A DNA stretch of 54,759 bases from a virus (Duplodnaviria > Caudoviricetes), in IMG/VR virus record IMGVR_UViG_3300032083_000237, positions 1-54,759 of that record; one strand, given 5' to 3'. Each line of letters begins with the position of its first letter. The stretch's first letter is position 1. Of this stretch, positions 7,693 to 17,258 are shown one piece after another. The position numbers and the translations under genes are program-made. Under the pieces are notes generated by a model. The model was not told where the DNA came from. It made no database searches and saw nothing but the letters and a program-made list of their open reading frames with translations.

Positions 7693-7814
7693 AGAAACCT
7701 AACCCAATGGCTAAGGACTTGCGTCAACCTAAGTACAAGCCGCAGATCATACCAGATAAAAAGAAACCTACGATCCGCAAGGAGAAACACAAAGGAGATA
7801 AGGATGAAAACTAG
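7689..7814 (+). CDS. Small basic ArfA-like protein (41 aa), not in ORF track
   Basis: ATGA overlap with integrase stop; MKKPNPMAKDLRQPKYKPQIIPDKKKPTIRKEKHKGDKDEN resembles the ArfA N..A..L..P.F/Y...+..KK....RK.KH pattern. Confidence 0.65.
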   Translation: MKKPNPMAKDLRQPKYKPQIIPDKKKPTIRKEKHKGDKDEN

Positions 7815-7968
7815 GGAAGAGTTGCTGCAATATATCGGAGCATTAAAACATGAAGCTGAAGTTTGGGAGTTGGAGGCTAAGGATTTGCTGGTCAAGAATC
7901 GGGAGTTGAAAAAAGATTTAGCTAAGGCTAAGGCTGAATTAAAACTTTGGATGGGGACAGGTGTATGA
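7804..7968 (+). CDS. Small coiled-coil hypothetical protein (54 aa), not in ORF track
   Basis: aggag RBS, MKTREELLQYIGALKHEAE...; stop overlaps the next ATG (ATGA). Confidence 0.65.
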   Translation: MKTREELLQYIGALKHEAEVWELEAKDLLVKNRELKKDLAKAKAELKLWMGTGV

Positions 7969-8396
7969 ACAACTATGTATATACAGCCATTGGACTTGTA
8001 GTCTTTTATGTAGGACTGAAAATGTTTAGTGGGGGTATGAAATCTATGGGTAACATAGACCACTTGACTTGGTTCTTGGGCAACCCAATCTATATGTTCT
8101 TTGGGTCAATCGCTATGACATTGGCATGGCAGAGTAGTAGCCTTAGTACTACAGCTATCATTGCCTTGGTTGCATCAGGGGTACTACCCCTACCCGCTGC
8201 TGTGGCTGCTGTGCTTGGGGCTAACATAGGTACGACAGGGACTATCTGGCTGGCTGGACTGTTAGTGTCTGACGGTATGCCAAGGGGTGACACCTTGCGT
8301 ATTGCATTGATACACACTGGTGTTAATCTTTTGATGGCACTAAGTCTGTTGCCATTTGTAAATCACATAGCTAAGTATGTTGGGAGAGTAGGATGA
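7965..8396 (+). CDS. Na+/Pi cotransporter family protein, single repeat (143 aa)
   Basis: Hydrophobic helices with signature QSSS and GANIGTT motifs of the NptA/SLC34 repeat; likely start ATG 7965. Confidence 0.85.
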   Translation: MNNYVYTAIGLVVFYVGLKMFSGGMKSMGNIDHLTWFLGNPIYMFFGSIAMTLAWQSSSLSTTAIIALVASGVLPLPAAVAAVLGANIGTTGTIWLAGLLVSDGMPRGDTLRIALIHTGVNLLMALSLLPFVNHIAKYVGRVG

Positions 8397-8472
8397 CATA
8401 TGATCCTCAGAATTAAATTATGACTAAGAAAGATAATCGGATATAATCGGATATAATTGGAGTGGATAAAGA

Positions 8473-9165
8473 ATGTCACAGATTGAAGTAACATACATAG
8501 ACCACATGGGTAGTGACCTGAGTGTGGTCAATGCAGCACGTGTTAGCTTTGGTAAGACTAGTGAGATGGATATGAGTGACCAATGGGGGCCACCTAAACT
8601 GAAAGACAAGGACGCTAAACTAATCAAGTACTTAGCCAAGCATAAGCATATGTCACCCTTTGGTCATGCCTTTGCATCCTTCCATGTTAAGGCTCCTATC
8701 TTTGTAGCTAGGCAGTTAGTCAAGCATAAGTTTCTACGGTGGAATGAGATTAGTCGTAGGTATGTGGATGATGATCCTGAGTTTTATATGCCTGATCAGT
8801 GGCGTGGTAGGGCTAGTGACAAGAAGCAGGGTAGTGCTGGTACAGTTGATATAGATAAGTATTGGACAGAGAACTTTGATGATGATGGTGGTTGGAACCC
8901 AATGCCAGCGCTTGCTTACGAGGATGCTATGTGGTGTTACCTTGGTCTTCTTGAAGCAGGAGTATGCCCAGAGCAAGCACGTATGGTGTTGCCACAAAGC
9001 ACCATGACTGAATGGTATTGGTCAGGTAGTCTTGACGCCTTCATGGATATGTGCAATCTAAGATGTAAGCTTGACACACAGTACGAGACTAGGTTAGTTG
9101 CAGAATATATACTGAGTGAAATGATTAACTTATTTCCAGTATCAGTGGAGGCATTAAGAAGATGA
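8473..9165 (+). CDS. thyX: FAD-dependent thymidylate synthase
   Basis: VVNAARVS, HMSPF, PIFVARQLVKHK...NEISRRY, PEQARMVLP, NLRC...Q.E motifs. Confidence 0.95.
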   Translation: MSQIEVTYIDHMGSDLSVVNAARVSFGKTSEMDMSDQWGPPKLKDKDAKLIKYLAKHKHMSPFGHAFASFHVKAPIFVARQLVKHKFLRWNEISRRYVDDDPEFYMPDQWRGRASDKKQGSAGTVDIDKYWTENFDDDGGWNPMPALAYEDAMWCYLGLLEAGVCPEQARMVLPQSTMTEWYWSGSLDAFMDMCNLRCKLDTQYETRLVAEYILSEMINLFPVSVEALRR

Positions 9166-9180
9166 AAGGTATAAAATTAT

Positions 9181-10782
9181 ATGGCAGATAACCCACACCT
9201 AGCGTGTCCGTTTGAAGACTGTGGTTCATCCGATGCCTTCAACTGGAATGATGATGGCTACGGCTTTTGTCATAGCTGCGGAGAGTCCTACCCCGCAAAG
9301 AAAAGCGTAGTGACATTTGATTGGGCGGCTCATGCCTACCCGATAAAGCAGAGGATAAATATTATGGATGTACCTGTAACGGGTAGTACCTTTAATAATA
9401 TCAGAGGGCTTAAGCCTGACGTGTGTCAGGTGTATGGCATCCAAGTACAGACAGGTGATGGTGGTGTGCCTGTCAGGTATGCGTACAAGTATCCACACAC
9501 GGTCAAGTATCGTGACTACAATGACAAGTCCAAGTCTTGGGTTAAGGACAGGGGCTTGGGTATGACCCATCTGTTTGGCCCTGACTTCAACTCAGGGTCA
9601 TCCACACGTATATACATCACCGAGGGTGAGTTTGATGCTGCGTCTCTCTACCAAATCCTTGGGGAGAAGTGGCCCGTCAAGTCCTTGCCTAGTGCATCTA
9701 TCGGTGAGAAGTTTATCAAGGCTAACCATGCCTACCTCAACTCTTTCAAAGAGGTGGTGTATGCAGGGGAGCTAGATGATGCAGGTAGACGTGCAGCAGA
9801 CAAACTATACGAGGCACTAGCAGATAAGTTTTGGTATGTCCCTATGTCTAAGCACAAGGATGCCAATGACTTTCTCACCAGTGGTGATGGGGATGACCTC
9901 AAGTGGGCTGCACTCAAACCACAACGGTACTCACCTGATAACTTCTTTTGCTCCGACGAGGAAGTAGAGGCAGCTATACTTAATGAGAATCCTTATGAGT
10001 ATGTACCCACAGGTCACACAGGTCTTGATGATAAGACTAGGGGCTTGGTAAAGGGTGGCATCACATTCCTTAAGGCACCACGTGGTACAGGTAAGACTGA
10101 GGTGATCCGTTACTTTGAGACAGGTCTACTCAAGACACCTGATGTACGCATTGCCTTGCTGCATATGGAAGAGATGAAGTCTACTACCTACCGTGCTATG
10201 GCTACCTATGAGTTGGGGGTCAACGTCCGTACAAAGGATGATGCTAGGGAAAACAATATCTCTGAGGACAAAGTGATAGAGGCAGCTAAGGATGCTACTA
10301 AGGGTGAACGTACTATTGTGTTTGAGATGCGATCACACGATGATCCCCTCAAGTTGCTTGAGTATATACGCCTAGCTGCTAGTGTGTATGGTGCTGGTTA
10401 TATCTTTATTGATCACGTCCAGCGTCTAGCTTACTTGTCTAGCTCAGGTGTTGATGGTGCTACCAGTACACTGACCACACTAGGTTCACGTGCAGCACAG
10501 CTTGCCAAAGAGTTAAACATTGGGGTGATCTTTATCTCTCAGGTCAATGATGATGGTCGTACTAAGTATGCAGCAGCACTAGAAGAAGAAGCAATCATCT
10601 GTATCAAGATTGAACGTGATGTTGAAACTGATGATGAGATTCTGCAGAATACTACCAACTTTATCATTGACAAGAACAGACCGTTTGCTAAGTTGGGTAA
10701 TGCAGGATCAGTATACTACGATCCAGACACTACACTATTAAGTGAAGAAACATACAATGAAAGGAGTGACATGGCAGCATGA
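9181..10782 (+). CDS. T7 gp4-like DNA primase-helicase
   Basis: N-terminal Zn ribbon (CPFEDC...CHSC), TOPRIM ITEGEFDA/KDAND, Walker A APRGTGKT, IFIDH, ISQ, KNR. Confidence 0.95.
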   Translation: MADNPHLACPFEDCGSSDAFNWNDDGYGFCHSCGESYPAKKSVVTFDWAAHAYPIKQRINIMDVPVTGSTFNNIRGLKPDVCQVYGIQVQTGDGGVPVRYAYKYPHTVKYRDYNDKSKSWVKDRGLGMTHLFGPDFNSGSSTRIYITEGEFDAASLYQILGEKWPVKSLPSASIGEKFIKANHAYLNSFKEVVYAGELDDAGRRAADKLYEALADKFWYVPMSKHKDANDFLTSGDGDDLKWAALKPQRYSPDNFFCSDEEVEAAILNENPYEYVPTGHTGLDDKTRGLVKGGITFLKAPRGTGKTEVIRYFETGLLKTPDVRIALLHMEEMKSTTYRAMATYELGVNVRTKDDARENNISEDKVIEAAKDATKGERTIVFEMRSHDDPLKLLEYIRLAASVYGAGYIFIDHVQRLAYLSSSGVDGATSTLTTLGSRAAQLAKELNIGVIFISQVNDDGRTKYAAALEEEAIICIKIERDVETDDEILQNTTNFIIDKNRPFAKLGNAGSVYYDPDTTLLSEETYNERSDMAA

Positions 10783-12620
10783 TTGTATTTGATATTGAGA
10801 CCGATGGTCTTAACCCATCAAAGATACATTGCCTTTCTTATACGAGTGACGGAGTAGAACACAATACACTCACCGACTACGAAGACATGAGACAATTACT
10901 ATCTAATCAAAAAGGTTTGATAGGTCATAACATCGTGCGTTATGATGTGCCTGTACTTGAACGTATCCTTGGTATCAAGGTTAAAGCACGTCTGTATGAC
11001 ACACTACCTATGTCTTGGGTTATGAACTATGATCGTACAAAACCACACGGTCTTGCCAGTTTTGGTGAAGACTTTGGGATACCCAAACCTGTTGTCACTG
11101 ATTGGTCTGAGCAACCTGTAGAAGTTTATGTCCATCGTTGTGAAGAAGATATCAAGATCAACTGGAAGCTCTGGCAGAATCTACTTAAGAGGTTCATGTT
11201 TGTGTACAAAGACAAGAAAAACCTTGACAAGTTCTTTGGTTATCTTTCGTTCAAGATGAACTGTGCGTATGCTGCAGAGCATGTTGGCTGGAAGCTTGAC
11301 GTTGATCTTGCTGAGGCTAGTGTTGACAAACTTAAGGAGCAACAAGATCACAAGGTCAAAGAGCTACGTGAGGTCATGCCTATGCGTAAGGTTATGTCTG
11401 TTAAGACAAAGCCAAAGGTATGCATCAAGAAAGATGGCTCTGTGTCTGCTCATGGTCAGCGTTGGTACAACTTATTAGCACAGCATGGGCTACCCAAGGA
11501 CTATGAGGGTGACGTAACTGTAGTCAAGGGTGTTGAAGATTCTAATCCTAACTCGCCTGAGCAGGTCAAGGATTGGCTCTTTGGTCTAGGTTGGGAGCCT
11601 TGTACTTACAAGTTTGATAAGAACAAAGAGACAGGAGAGGAAAAGAAGATACCACAAGTCCGTAAGAATGGTGAGCTTACTAGGTCCGTTCAGATCTTGA
11701 TTGATGACAATCCAGCAGTGGGTGTTCTTGATGGTCTGACTGTGATTCAACACAGGCTTGGCATCTTACACGGCTTCATACAGTGTCAAGACAATGGCTA
11801 TCTCAAAGCTGGTGTCAAAGGTCTTACCAATACTCTACGCTTCAAGCATGTCAAACCTTTGGTCAATCTGCCCGGTGTTGACAAGCCTTGGGGTAAAGAG
11901 ATACGAGGTTGTCTGATTGCACCAGAAGGTTACACCTTGTGTGGTGCTGACATGACGTCTCTTGAAGACACAACCAAGCGACACTATATGAAACCTTATG
12001 ACCCTGATTACGTAGAGGAAATGTCACAGGAAGGTTTTGATCCACACCTTGACCTTGCTAAACATGCTGGTGCTGTTACTCAGGATCAGATTGACAAGCA
12101 CAACTCAGGTGAGTCAAGCCTTAAGTCTTTACGTAAGAACTACAAGGTGGTGAACTACTCAGCCACCTATGGGGTAGGCGCAGCTAAACTGTCACGTGAG
12201 ACAGGTATGTCTGTGAGTGAAGCATCAGCTCTACTTGATGCCTACTGGGAACGTAACTGGGCTGTCAAACAGTTTGCCGAAGATCAAAAGATCAGAAAGA
12301 TCGACGGTGAAATGTGGGTACAGAATCCAGTGAGTAAGTTCTGGCACAACTTGCGATACGAAAAGGACGCCTTCTCTACTATCAATCAAAGTACGGGGGC
12401 TTACTGTTTCGACAAGTGGGTTGCACTATACCGTACCAAGAGGGGTAACATCATTGGACAATTCCATGATGAGAGTATTAACCTTGTTAAGAAGGGTGAC
12501 GAATCAGAGCATACAAAAACTTTGATTTGGGCCATTGAAAAACTTAACGAAGAACTTAAATTAAATGTTGACTTAGGCATTGACGTGCAGTATGGTCAAC
12601 GGTATAGTGAAATTCACTAA
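10779..12620 (+). CDS. polA: Family A DNA polymerase with 3'-5' exonuclease
   Basis: Exo motifs FDIET, GHNIVRYD, CEED; pol motifs GADMTSLE, KVVNYSATYG, FHDE. Confidence 0.95.
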   Translation: MIVFDIETDGLNPSKIHCLSYTSDGVEHNTLTDYEDMRQLLSNQKGLIGHNIVRYDVPVLERILGIKVKARLYDTLPMSWVMNYDRTKPHGLASFGEDFGIPKPVVTDWSEQPVEVYVHRCEEDIKINWKLWQNLLKRFMFVYKDKKNLDKFFGYLSFKMNCAYAAEHVGWKLDVDLAEASVDKLKEQQDHKVKELREVMPMRKVMSVKTKPKVCIKKDGSVSAHGQRWYNLLAQHGLPKDYEGDVTVVKGVEDSNPNSPEQVKDWLFGLGWEPCTYKFDKNKETGEEKKIPQVRKNGELTRSVQILIDDNPAVGVLDGLTVIQHRLGILHGFIQCQDNGYLKAGVKGLTNTLRFKHVKPLVNLPGVDKPWGKEIRGCLIAPEGYTLCGADMTSLEDTTKRHYMKPYDPDYVEEMSQEGFDPHLDLAKHAGAVTQDQIDKHNSGESSLKSLRKNYKVVNYSATYGVGAAKLSRETGMSVSEASALLDAYWERNWAVKQFAEDQKIRKIDGEMWVQNPVSKFWHNLRYEKDAFSTINQSTGAYCFDKWVALYRTKRGNIIGQFHDESINLVKKGDESEHTKTLIWAIEKLNEELKLNVDLGIDVQYGQRYSEIH

Positions 12621-12635
12621 TCAATGGAGGGCCAA

Positions 12636-13145
12636 ATGGCTACACGTAAACTTAAACTAACTGGTATTGCTGAGTGGGCAAAGGTGTTCACAGAGAACCG
12701 TGACATGTTGGGCTTTGAAGAAGCCTATGTAAGTTGTGATGGTGCTTGCACTATTGACTTAATCATGGACGATCAGAACATGGCACTACTTAAGGCTTCC
12801 AAGTCTATGAAGCGAGGTAAACCTGATCCTGAAGGACGAGGTACAATGGTACGCTTGGTGCGTAAGTATGACACAGGATATGATTGGGCTAGTGGACCAC
12901 CCGTAGTGGTCAAGGCTGATGGATCAGAGTGGGACTTTGATACTGATGGCACCATTGGCAATGGTTCAACAGTAGAGGTGATTGTGTCAGTCTATGATAC
13001 GAAGATGAAGAGTATTGTAGGTACACGTCTTGACAAGGTTACAGTACTCAAGCATGTTCAGTACGAGTCAGCTGATGATGATGTACAGTCAGTGCCACCA
13101 CCTACTGAGTCAGCACCACTAGAAGATTCAGAGGTGATGTTCTAA
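12636..13145 (+). CDS. Single-stranded DNA-binding protein (gp2.5-like)
   Basis: G.A.WAKV, IGNGSTVEV motif, acidic tail ending in Phe; ggagg RBS before ATG 12636. Confidence 0.75.
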   Translation: MATRKLKLTGIAEWAKVFTENRDMLGFEEAYVSCDGACTIDLIMDDQNMALLKASKSMKRGKPDPEGRGTMVRLVRKYDTGYDWASGPPVVVKADGSEWDFDTDGTIGNGSTVEVIVSVYDTKMKSIVGTRLDKVTVLKHVQYESADDDVQSVPPPTESAPLEDSEVMF

Positions 13146-13840
13146 TGATTCTTATTGATGGTGATATCATTGCTTATCGTGCAGGGTTTTCCTCAAATGA
13201 TCTTGAAGCATCTGATGCAGAAGCTAAGGTGGATGAGCTGATAGACACCATCATTGAGGACACTGAGTTTATCTCTACGGATTACCAAGTGTACCTGACT
13301 GGTAAAGGTAACTTCCGTTTTGATATTGCTAAGACCTTGGAGTATAAAGGAAACCGTAAGGATGCTGCAAAGCCTATACACTTGCAGCACATACGGGATT
13401 ATCTTACAACTAAGTATGAAGCTACTGTCAGCGAAGGCGAGGAAGCTGATGATCTGATTGCTATTGCAGCAACAAAGATAGGGATGAAGGCAGTAGTTGC
13501 ATCCATAGACAAAGACATGCTACAGATACCATGTTTTCACTACAACTTAACTAGGCGTGAGCTTAGTGCTGTTGGAGAGTTTAGTGGTACGAAGTTCTTT
13601 TATACTCAGATACTTACAGGTGACAAAGCTGATAACATCAAGGGGCTGCATAGATGTGGCCCTGTAAAAGCAGGTAAGATTCTTGCTGAGTGTGACACAG
13701 AGATGAAGCTGTGGAATGCTTGCCTTGAGGCTTATGAAGGTGACACAGAACGTGTCATTGAGAATGCTAGACTTCTATGGTTACGCAGAGAAGTAGATCA
13801 ACTATGGGAGCCACCTGTTGAGCAAGACAAGAACAGCTAA
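13145..13840 (+). CDS. 5'-3' exonuclease (T7 gp6-like)
   Basis: LIDGD, YKGNR, EADD, SIDKD, GDKADNIKG motifs. Confidence 0.92.
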   Translation: MILIDGDIIAYRAGFSSNDLEASDAEAKVDELIDTIIEDTEFISTDYQVYLTGKGNFRFDIAKTLEYKGNRKDAAKPIHLQHIRDYLTTKYEATVSEGEEADDLIAIAATKIGMKAVVASIDKDMLQIPCFHYNLTRRELSAVGEFSGTKFFYTQILTGDKADNIKGLHRCGPVKAGKILAECDTEMKLWNACLEAYEGDTERVIENARLLWLRREVDQLWEPPVEQDKNS

Positions 13841-14171
13841 GGCTAAAGGTAGGACAGGCCAGCAAGAGGTACGGGATAAGTTGCTTGAGACTTTCCCTGA
13901 GTTTGAGCCTGATGATATCAAGAGTACTACTATGGGCGACACAGGGGAAGACATACAGTTATCTCCAGCCGCCCGTAAAAAGATGCCAATAAGTATTGAG
14001 GTTAAACGCAGAAAGGGTGAGCTTAAGACTGTCTACGGATACATTGAGCAAGCTTCAAAGCATGGCAAAGGAGAGCCTGTAGTTTTCTTTCGTTCAGATA
14101 GAAAGCCTTGGGTTGTCATGGTAGGTATGAATCATTATGCTGAACTCCTTAGAAACTGGAAGAAAGAATAA
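13818..14171 (+). CDS. Holliday junction resolvase-like PD-(D/E)XK endonuclease
   Basis: AKAKGR..Q, GED, SIEVK, QA...P.V.F pattern; TTG start with ggag. Confidence 0.75.
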   Translation: MSKTRTAKAKGRTGQQEVRDKLLETFPEFEPDDIKSTTMGDTGEDIQLSPAARKKMPISIEVKRRKGELKTVYGYIEQASKHGKGEPVVFFRSDRKPWVVMVGMNHYAELLRNWKKE

Positions 14172-14173
14172 TT

Positions 14174-14413
14174 ATGTCAATAAAAATATGGGACATACTA
14201 CGTGGCCCTATATCTAGGGAAGACAGTGAGGATGCTGATGATTATCCTGATGAGTGTGATCATATGTTAGTGTGTAAAGTAGAGATTGATGGAGAGCTAG
14301 TAGTTGCTGACTACTGGTTTGAAAACTATGAAGATGCTAACGAATGGGTCAAACACTTTAGTAAAAGCATTGAGCCACTTGAAGTAAATTATGGGGGTGA
14401 GTATGATACATAG
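14174..14413 (+). CDS. Hypothetical acidic protein
   Basis: In-line ORF between resolvase and promoter. Confidence 0.75.
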   Translation: MSIKIWDILRGPISREDSEDADDYPDECDHMLVCKVEIDGELVVADYWFENYEDANEWVKHFSKSIEPLEVNYGGEYDT

Positions 14414-14445
14414 CTTGACTTCTGTGATTTGTTTGGTATAACTAG
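14414..14445 (+). promoter_or_regulatory. Promoter CTTGAC-N16-GTATAACTAG
   Basis: cttgac ttctgtgatttgtttg gtataactag; same spacing and GTATAACTAG tail as the copies at 39371 and 53936. Confidence 0.7.
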
Positions 14446-14454
14446 GGGTTTCCG

Positions 14455-14622
14455 ATGATGGAATATGAAGTTATATTAAACATAAAAGTAGACCCAACCT
14501 GTAACTATTTAGAGGTGGATGACAATGAAAGCTCAAGGGTAGTCCTTGAGTTGATACAAGATATGATCTATGAAATAGACGATCTTGTTATAGATAAAAT
14601 AGAGGTGACAAGACATGACTAA
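14455..14622 (+). CDS. Small acidic hypothetical protein (55 aa), not in ORF track
   Basis: agggg RBS, MMEYEVILNIKVDPTCNYLE..., fills the gap up to the next gene. Confidence 0.6.
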   Translation: MMEYEVILNIKVDPTCNYLEVDDNESSRVVLELIQDMIYEIDDLVIDKIEVTRHD

Positions 14623-14815
14623 AGTAACACTTGATAGTATAGAGTACGACTCAGAAGATTTTACTGAGGATCAACAAAAAATTCTTGGTGAGATAGTCTA
14701 TAATAAAAACTTGGCTTCCAACCTGAGCTATCAGGTGACAAGTCTTAACGCAGTAGCTGAAATACTATCAGATAAACTCAAAGCTTCTTTAGCAGAGGAC
14801 AAACCAGATGATTAG
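14615..14815 (+). CDS. Hypothetical protein
   Basis: gaggtg RBS; overlaps neighbours. Confidence 0.75.
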   Translation: MTKVTLDSIEYDSEDFTEDQQKILGEIVYNKNLASNLSYQVTSLNAVAEILSDKLKASLAEDKPDD

Positions 14816-15143
14816 TGCAGAAGATATGAAAGCCTTTCAAGACTACAGTGATTGGGTAGAAGATAAGATTGTCACCAGTCCAAGAGATAGGCTTATGGAA
14901 AATACATTAGGTCTTATGGGGGAAGCTGGTGAGGTAGCAGAAAAAATTAAAAAACGTATCCGTGATGACACTAAGGTAAAGCCTGAAGAGATTGTCAAGG
15001 AACTTGGTGATGTTATCTTCTATGCTACTGCCTTGTCTAACTTCTATGGTGCAAGCTTGGGTGTTACCATTGCTGAAAATATGATGAAGCTAGACGGACG
15101 TGAAGCTAGAGGTACAATTAAAGGTAGCGGAGATGAAAGATAA
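14808..15143 (+). CDS. mazG: MazG-like nucleotide pyrophosphohydrolase
   Basis: LGLMGEAGEVAEKIKK...KELGDVIFY...N..KL..R..RG...GSGDER. Confidence 0.9.
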   Translation: MISAEDMKAFQDYSDWVEDKIVTSPRDRLMENTLGLMGEAGEVAEKIKKRIRDDTKVKPEEIVKELGDVIFYATALSNFYGASLGVTIAENMMKLDGREARGTIKGSGDER

Positions 15144-15327
15144 AGATGCAGCCAAACGTGCTGCTGAGTTAATGAGACCTATTGAGAAACAGATCATGAT
15201 GTGTGACAGCAGAGAAGAAACCCTGCTATTTGCATGTGCTATGCTTGAAAGATCAAAGACTATCCTTGAAGCCCATATAGGGAAAAGGGGAAGAAGAGAA
15301 CTATTTGTAATGGGGAACGAGATATGA
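15133..15327 (+). CDS. Hypothetical protein (64 aa)
   Basis: ATG 15133 overlapping the mazG end; stop overlaps the nrdJ start. Confidence 0.65.
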   Translation: MKDKDAAKRAAELMRPIEKQIMMCDSREETLLFACAMLERSKTILEAHIGKRGRRELFVMGNEI

Positions 15328-17258
15328 ATAACAACTACCTACCTACTGACTACCAAACCTTTATTGCTACTAGCCGTTACGCTAGGTGGCTTGAGGATGA
15401 AGGACGCCGAGAGACATGGGGAGAGACTGTTCACCGTTACATGAGGCATATTGTCTATCAGGCTTTACCTAGTTTGGGTGAACCAGTAGATGACTATGAC
15501 TACGGTGCATTAGAAATAAAAATACGTGATGCTATTCTCAGCCTTGAAGTCATGCCTAGTATGAGGTCAATGATGACAGCGGGTAAAGCTGCAGACAGGG
15601 ATAATACTTGTATGTATAACTGTAGCTATCTACCCGTAGATGATCCTAAGTCTTTCGATGAGGCGATGTTCATCCTCCTTTGCGGGACGGGGGTTGGTTT
15701 CAGTGTTGAGCGTCAGTTCATTACTAAGCTCCCAGACGTTCCTGACCTTTTCCAAAGCGATACGACTGTCGTCATCAAGGATAGTAAAGAAGGGTGGGCA
15801 AAAGGACTCAGACAAGTTTTGGCACTCCTATGGGCAGGTGAAATCCCTAAGTGGGATGTATCTAAAGTCCGCCCCGCCGGTGCTAGACTAAAGACATTTG
15901 GTGGCAGAGCATCTGGTCCTGCTCCGTTGATTGACCTGTTTAATTTTGCTGTTACTACTTTCAGGCAAGCACAAGGACGTAAGTTGTCTAGTATAGAGTG
16001 TCATGATCTGATGTGCAAGATAGGTGAGGTAGTAGTGGTAGGTGGTGTAAGACGTAGTGCTATGATCAGCTTGTCTAATCTGTCTGATGATCGTATGCGT
16101 CATGCTAAGTCAGGTAACTGGTGGGAGAATGCAGGGCATAGAGCCTTGGCTAATAACTCTGTGGCTTACACTGATAAGCCCGACAGTATGTCATTCATGC
16201 GTGAGTGGACAGCCCTTATGGAGAGTGGGAGTGGTGAACGTGGAGTCTTCAACAGAGAAGCATCAATTAAACAAGCTGCAAAAAATGGCCGTAGAGAGTC
16301 TTGCTACGAGTTCGGAACAAACCCCTGTTCGGAAATCATTCTTAGGCCGAACCAGTTCTGCAATCTTACAGAAGTTGTTGTCCGTGCTAACGATAGCATG
16401 GAAGACCTTGCAAGAAAAGTCGGTATTGCAACTGTACTTGGAACAATACAATCCACCTACACCCACTTTCCATACTTGCGTAAGGTGTGGAACACCAACA
16501 CAGCGGCAGAAAGATTGCTCGGTGTGTCACTCACGGGGATAATGGACAACCCATTGCTGACCCTAGCTAATGAGGGCTTGGCTAGTACATTGGAGTACCT
16601 AAAAAATGTGGCTATTTCTACTAACGCTGAGTGGGCTGACCGTCTTGGTATCCCTCATAGCACTGCTATTACTTGTGTCAAGCCCAGTGGAACAGTTTCC
16701 CAACTGGTTGACTCAGCTTCTGGGATTCATGCTCGTCACAGTCCCTATTATATCCGTACTGTGCGTGGAGATAATAAAGACCCACTAACTCAGTTCATGG
16801 TTGATCAGGGTATACCCAACGAGCCTGACGTTATGAAGCCTGATGCTACCACAGTGTTTAGTTTTCCTATGCAGTCTCCTATGGGTGCAATTCATACTGC
16901 TGACATGACAGCCTTAGAACAACTAGAGATGTGGTTGATGTATCAACGTCATTGGTGTGAGCATAAACCTAGTGTTACTATCAATGTCAAACCTGATGAA
17001 TGGTTTGAGGTAGGGGCATTTGTGTACAAACACTTTGATGAGATGAGTGGTGTGTCGTTCCTACCTTTCAATGAACACACATATCAACAGGCACCATATC
17101 AAGAATGTACAAAAGAAGATTTCTACAACATGGTAGATGCATCACCTGTTAAGATTGATTGGACTAAGCTATCATCATACGAACAAGAAGATAATACATC
17201 AGGGATGCAGACGATGGCATGTACTGGGGATGTGTGTGAAATGGTAGACATCACTTAA
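15324..17258 (+). CDS. nrdJ: Class II adenosylcobalamin-dependent ribonucleotide reductase
   Basis: YNC, GTGVGFS, GGVRRSA, TNPCSEI...CNL, KPSGT, C-terminal ACTGDVCE; no NrdB gene in the genome. Confidence 0.93.
   Translation: MNNNYLPTDYQTFIATSRYARWLEDEGRRETWGETVHRYMRHIVYQALPSLGEPVDDYDYGALEIKIRDAILSLEVMPSMRSMMTAGKAADRDNTCMYNCSYLPVDDPKSFDEAMFILLCGTGVGFSVERQFITKLPDVPDLFQSDTTVVIKDSKEGWAKGLRQVLALLWAGEIPKWDVSKVRPAGARLKTFGGRASGPAPLIDLFNFAVTTFRQAQGRKLSSIECHDLMCKIGEVVVVGGVRRSAMISLSNLSDDRMRHAKSGNWWENAGHRALANNSVAYTDKPDSMSFMREWTALMESGSGERGVFNREASIKQAAKNGRRESCYEFGTNPCSEIILRPNQFCNLTEVVVRANDSMEDLARKVGIATVLGTIQSTYTHFPYLRKVWNTNTAAERLLGVSLTGIMDNPLLTLANEGLASTLEYLKNVAISTNAEWADRLGIPHSTAITCVKPSGTVSQLVDSASGIHARHSPYYIRTVRGDNKDPLTQFMVDQGIPNEPDVMKPDATTVFSFPMQSPMGAIHTADMTALEQLEMWLMYQRHWCEHKPSVTINVKPDEWFEVGAFVYKHFDEMSGVSFLPFNEHTYQQAPYQECTKEDFYNMVDASPVKIDWTKLSSYEQEDNTSGMQTMACTGDVCEMVDIT

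Noticed and set aside
8433-8461. Tandem ataatcggat x3 upstream of thyX
   Set aside because: Short and degenerate with no other copies; probably slippage.
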